Shown here one piece after another: positions 28,651-32,000 of a stretch of 32,000 nucleotides of DNA. The notes beneath the pieces are model-generated. The model did not search any database and was not told where the DNA came from. It saw only the letters and a program-made list of their open reading frames with translations. Location of the stretch: NCBI GenBank assembly GCA_041662745.1, contig JBAZRV010000001.1, forward strand, positions 1 through 32,000, given 5' to 3'. Position numbers and translations under genes: made by a program. Source of the DNA: Patescibacteria group bacterium (lineage in GTDB: Bacteria > Patescibacteriota > Patescibacteriia > 2-01-FULL-39-33). Position 1 is the first letter of the stretch. Each line of letters begins with the position of its first letter.

Positions 28651-29787
28651 TTATTTTCCGACAAAAATTGTCCGCTCTTTGGTGGTTTTAGCCAGATCAA
28701 CCGTTCGCTTGACCATTTCTTTGGTGATATCGCGGCCGCCCAAGCCCATGATGGCGCCGACGATTTTGGCTTGGCTTTGGCCGTAAAAAGCGCGGCGGAT
28801 TTCTCCGGCCAGTATTCCCTCCTCGCCCAAGGAGACCGATTTATCAATTACTAAAATATTCTTCTTGGCGCCGATCAATTTAAATATCTCTTCGGTCGGG
28901 AAAGGCCGCAGACCGCTAACTTTCACTACGCCGATTTTTTTGCCGGACTTTTTCAATTCATCCGCCGCCTCTTTGATCGTTCCCAAAACCGAACCCATGG
29001 CCACTACCACCGTATCGGCGTTCTTATCGCCGTAATAATCAACCAAAGAAAGCCGGCGACCGAACACCTTTGTAAACTCCGCCATCTCCTTGGCGATTAA
29101 TTTTTTGCTAGCCGCCAAATCAGCATGCAACTCCTGGCGGATTTCCATATAATGCGCCGGCGTAGCAAAAGCGCCTAAAGTCAAAGGATTTTTTACGTCT
29201 AATTTTTCTGACGCCTTAAAATCCGGCAGATACTTTTTGATCTGTTTGCTTTCCGGAATTTCCACCGGTTCAACCACGTGGGTCAGGATAAAGCCGTCCA
29301 AATTAACCATGACCGGAATAAGTGCTTGCTCGGCCACCTTGTAGGCCAATACATGCAAATCCACCGTTTCTTGCATATCTTCGCCATACAACATAATCCA
29401 GCCGGCATCGCGCATCGTTACGGCATCCTGCTGGTCGTTCCAAATATTGATCGGCGCCGAAATGGCGCGATTGGCGTCAGTCATAACAATGGGCAAACGC
29501 ATGCCCGCGACATTGAATATGACCTCGGTCATTAATAATAAGCCTTGTGAAGAGGTGGCGGTGTAAGTGCGCGCGCCGGCGGCTGAAGCGCCGACCAATA
29601 TGGATAAAGCGGCGAATTCGCTCTCCGACCGGACATACTCGTAATCCGCCTCGCCGTCAGCCTTAAGCTTGGCCAAATCTTCAACGATATGCGTTTGGGG
29701 CGTAATCGGATAAGCCGAAATCACGCCCACGCCGATATTCCTGATTGTTTCCGCGATCGCTCGCGATCCTTCCAATATTTTTTTCAT
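28651..29787 (-). CDS. porA: 2-oxoacid (pyruvate):ferredoxin oxidoreductase, alpha subunit
   Basis: 378 aa: GVISAYPITPQTHIVEDLAKL...YEYVRSESEFAALSILVGASAAGARTYTATSSQGLLLMTEV. Confidence 0.95.
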   Translation of the reverse strand: MKKILEGSRAIAETIRNIGVGVISAYPITPQTHIVEDLAKLKADGEADYEYVRSESEFAALSILVGASAAGARTYTATSSQGLLLMTEVIFNVAGMRLPIVMTDANRAISAPINIWNDQQDAVTMRDAGWIMLYGEDMQETVDLHVLAYKVAEQALIPVMVNLDGFILTHVVEPVEIPESKQIKKYLPDFKASEKLDVKNPLTLGAFATPAHYMEIRQELHADLAASKKLIAKEMAEFTKVFGRRLSLVDYYGDKNADTVVVAMGSVLGTIKEAADELKKSGKKIGVVKVSGLRPFPTEEIFKLIGAKKNILVIDKSVSLGEEGILAGEIRRAFYGQSQAKIVGAIMGLGGRDITKEMVKRTVDLAKTTKERTIFVGK

Positions 29788-29788
29788 A

Positions 29789-30064
29789 TTATTTCTCTTC
29801 CTCCCTCATGGTTATGGCCTTGACCGGACAGACTTCGGCGCAAATACCGCAACCCTTACACCAATCCAAATCCTTTTCGTAAAAAAACTTGCCGGCCCGA
29901 TTTTTATCGCCCGTCTTAAAACAAATGCCTTCCGGACAGACCTGCTCGCACAAACTGCAACCGATGCATTTCTCATGATCAATCTCCGGATAATGGCTTT
30001 CCCGCCAATTGCCTGTCTTGACTTGGCTGGCGGTGCCGGGCTGGGCTGTTATTTTTATCTTCAT
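29789..30064 (-). CDS. porD: 2-oxoacid:ferredoxin oxidoreductase, delta (2x[4Fe-4S]) subunit
   Basis: HEKCIGCSLCEQVCPEG ... DLDWCKGCGICAEVCPVKAI. Confidence 0.93.
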   Translation of the reverse strand: MKIKITAQPGTASQVKTGNWRESHYPEIDHEKCIGCSLCEQVCPEGICFKTGDKNRAGKFFYEKDLDWCKGCGICAEVCPVKAITMREEEK

Positions 30065-30065
30065 A

Positions 30066-30608
30066 CTAATTATTACTGATTATTTCATATCCTTTCTTGG
30101 CGGCAATAATGTTCTTATCCGCCAACTCTCCGCTGAAACGATTTCTAATCGCTTGTTCTATCGCCGTCATCTTGATCGTGCCGATGAGCCCGGCAAAAGC
30201 GCCGAGCATAATCGTATTGATTATGGGCCGTCCCAAAACTTCCTTGGCAATATCGGTTGCGGCCAATGATTTGACTCTGATCCCGCGAGGCAGTTTGGCC
30301 GTCAACTCCGTTTCTTTGGTGTTAACCAAAACCACCGCTCCGGCTTTCAAGTCGGATAGCAGTTTTTCGTCGTTAAGCAACGAAGGATCCTGAACAATGG
30401 CGTAATCAGGAGCGTAAACTTGGCTGCGCAAACGAATCGGCTTGTTGTCCAAACGCACAAAAGCCATCACCGGCGCGCCGCGTCGCTCCACGCCAAAACT
30501 GGGAAAGGCCTGCGCCTCCTGACCGGAATAAAAAGCGGCTTCCGCCAGAAGTTCCGCCAAAGTTACCGAGCCCTGGCCGCCGCGGCCGTGTATTCTTACT
30601 TCTAGCAT
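30066..30608 (-). CDS. porG: 2-oxoacid:ferredoxin oxidoreductase, gamma subunit
   Basis: MLEVRIHGRGGQGSVTLAELLAEAAFYSGQEAQAFPSFGVERRGAPVMAFVRLD. Confidence 0.94.
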   Translation of the reverse strand: MLEVRIHGRGGQGSVTLAELLAEAAFYSGQEAQAFPSFGVERRGAPVMAFVRLDNKPIRLRSQVYAPDYAIVQDPSLLNDEKLLSDLKAGAVVLVNTKETELTAKLPRGIRVKSLAATDIAKEVLGRPIINTIMLGAFAGLIGTIKMTAIEQAIRNRFSGELADKNIIAAKKGYEIISNN

Positions 30609-30610
30609 AA

Positions 30611-31477
30611 TTATTTGATTCCTTTATATAATTTAATCAATTCTTCCCAAGTATTCAGGGGTACGGCTCCCTCCAGCTTCTTGCCGTTAACATAAAAGGT
30701 GGGAGTGCCGCGAGCGCCCAGATCCAAAGCATCGGCAATATCCTCGGTTACCTTTGGCTGATATTTCAATGACTTCAAGCAATTATTAAACTTCGCCAGA
30801 TTAAGGCCGGAGGATTTGATGATGGCGTTGAATTCTTCCTCATTATTGAAATTTCCTTGTTGCAAAAATAAGCGGTCATGAAACGGCCAGAACTTGCCTT
30901 GCTCTTGGGCGCAGTAACCGGCTTGAGCCAAAACCATGGAATCGTCGCCCTTGACCGGATAATTACGGAAGATAAACAGAATGTCTTGTTCGTATTTATT
31001 GGCGATAGTGCGAATAACGGAAAACTCTTCTTGGCAAACCGGACACTGAAAATCGGCGAACTCCACAATAACCAATTGAGCGTTGATATTTCCCAAATAG
31101 GGACGATCGATTTTTTCCGCCTTTTGCCGGGCCGGACTTTTTTCAAGAGAAGAACTGATGCTGGAAGACGCGGCGGCAATCGTATTGTCAATGGTAGAAC
31201 TGACAATATTAAAAAACAGCGCCTCAGTAGTGGTTGACTGGGTGGTAATACCGTTAGGGATCTGGTCCAATAACTGTTCCAAAAGCGGATTACCGGCCAA
31301 AGTCTGACCGTTCTCGGCTTGGCCGGCAAAATCCAATATCTCACGCATTTTCTGCTCTCGCGACGCCACCTCTACTGCCACCAAGGCAAAGAATCCCAAC
31401 GCCACTAGAACAGCCGCGCCAAGCAAAATTATTTTCCACCAATTGCGCTGGCGGTTGTCAAGCGACGAATAATCCAT
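30611..31477 (-). CDS. DsbA-like thioredoxin-fold protein, membrane anchored (288 aa)
   Basis: TM segment, then VIVEFADFQCPVCQEEFSVIRTIANKYEQDILFIFRNYPV ... GARGTPTFYVNGKKLEGAVP; CPVC active site and cis-Pro loop. Confidence 0.93.
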   Translation of the reverse strand: MDYSSLDNRQRNWWKIILLGAAVLVALGFFALVAVEVASREQKMREILDFAGQAENGQTLAGNPLLEQLLDQIPNGITTQSTTTEALFFNIVSSTIDNTIAAASSSISSSLEKSPARQKAEKIDRPYLGNINAQLVIVEFADFQCPVCQEEFSVIRTIANKYEQDILFIFRNYPVKGDDSMVLAQAGYCAQEQGKFWPFHDRLFLQQGNFNNEEEFNAIIKSSGLNLAKFNNCLKSLKYQPKVTEDIADALDLGARGTPTFYVNGKKLEGAVPLNTWEELIKLYKGIK

Positions 31478-31595
31478 AATTGTTATCTTGATTATAACAA
31501 CTTTTACCCGGAATTGCCACTATTTGATTTTGGAATCGCCACTGCTTGATTTTTCCGGCTCAAGAGTTATAATTCATACAAATAACAATAAAAAT

Positions 31596-31793
31596 ATGCT
31601 AAATCCCGAAAGTGGCGACAGGGGGCGCCATATCTACGCCAATAAAAATGGCGAGGACGTTTACGAAGCCACCCCGCCATCCGGCCAAGTCGGCCAGGCA
31701 GAGACACCCGAATGGGAACGCGACTTCCACAAGCGCTTTGCCGGGCTCGGCCAAAAAAACAAAAGAAAAACTATTTACGATAAAACGGAATAG
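31596..31793 (+). CDS. Small hypothetical protein (65 aa)
   Basis: Internal ATG of track ORF 31488..31793: MLNPESGDRGRHIYANKNGEDVYEATPPSGQVGQAETPEWERDFHKRFAGLGQKNKRKTIYDKTE; followed by a terminator. Confidence 0.45.
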   Translation: MLNPESGDRGRHIYANKNGEDVYEATPPSGQVGQAETPEWERDFHKRFAGLGQKNKRKTIYDKTE

Positions 31794-31818
31794 CGCCGAA
31801 TTATAATCTGTGACTTAA

Positions 31819-31850
31819 AATCCTCTTGATTTAGCAAGAGGATTTTTTAG
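31819..31850 (+). terminator. Intrinsic terminator
   Basis: AATCCTCTTG-atttag-CAAGAGGATTTTTT. Confidence 0.8.
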
Positions 31851-32000
31851 AGGATTTTTTATCGGCAATTTTATTTGAACGCGACCCGGCGAAACGATTA
31901 AACAGCCAACCCAAAAGCAATAAGCCGGCCAGCCAAACAACGGTTAGCAACGCCGGCGGCAGAAATTCCAACCAGTCGCTGTAACGGCTGATAATCGGCC
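31831..32000 (-). CDS. Partial membrane protein, C-terminus only (5' end beyond right edge)
   Basis: Manual translation ...PIISRYSDWLEFLPPALLTVVWLAGLLLLGWLFNRFAGSRSNKIADKKSSKKSSC*. Confidence 0.65.
   Translation of the reverse strand, partial: PIISRYSDWLEFLPPALLTVVWLAGLLLLGWLFNRFAGSRSNKIADKKSSKKSSC

Noticed and set aside
28647-28847. N-terminal extension of porB in the track
   Set aside because: The extension (MINRSPWARREYWPEK...) overlaps porA and is unlike the family; MKKYKAPLSHILNPGHSACAGCG at 28646 is the credible start.
22437-31344. Numerous + strand ORFs across uvrA and por genes, and minus 30775..31344
   Set aside because: Antisense or shifted-frame shadows of well-supported conserved genes, explained by codon bias.

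Overview
This 32 kb window looks like a chromosomal segment of a Patescibacteria/CPR-type bacterium, judged from the protein set and small-genome style; I ran no taxonomic search. Recognisable genes: two tandem giant cell-surface proteins with VirB2/TrbC-pilin-like N-termini, the first of which runs off the left edge and is missing from the ORF track; yqeY, rpsU, hisS, lepB; a LytR-CpsA-Psr protein; a TrmB-type regulator; leuS with a complete Nudix domain inserted in its editing region; an ankyrin-repeat protein; uvrA; a four-subunit 2-oxoacid:ferredoxin oxidoreductase operon; and a DsbA-like protein. The standout is a self-contained locus at about 14.48-17.94 kb. A near-consensus extended -10 promoter at 15529-15557 drives about 1.2 kb with no credible coding potential but more than 20 perfect or near-perfect local stems, consistent with a very large structured ncRNA. 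It is followed by small unknown ORFs. A two-hairpin module of about 75 nt at its 3' end is repeated about 850 bp downstream with compensatory base changes. A closely similar divergent promoter drives two tiny proteins (one of 59 aa absent from the track, one of 75 aa and membrane-like) and a second non-coding, hairpin-rich tail that ends in a strong terminator. I recognise no known RNA class. All structure and homology calls are by eye and need computational confirmation.
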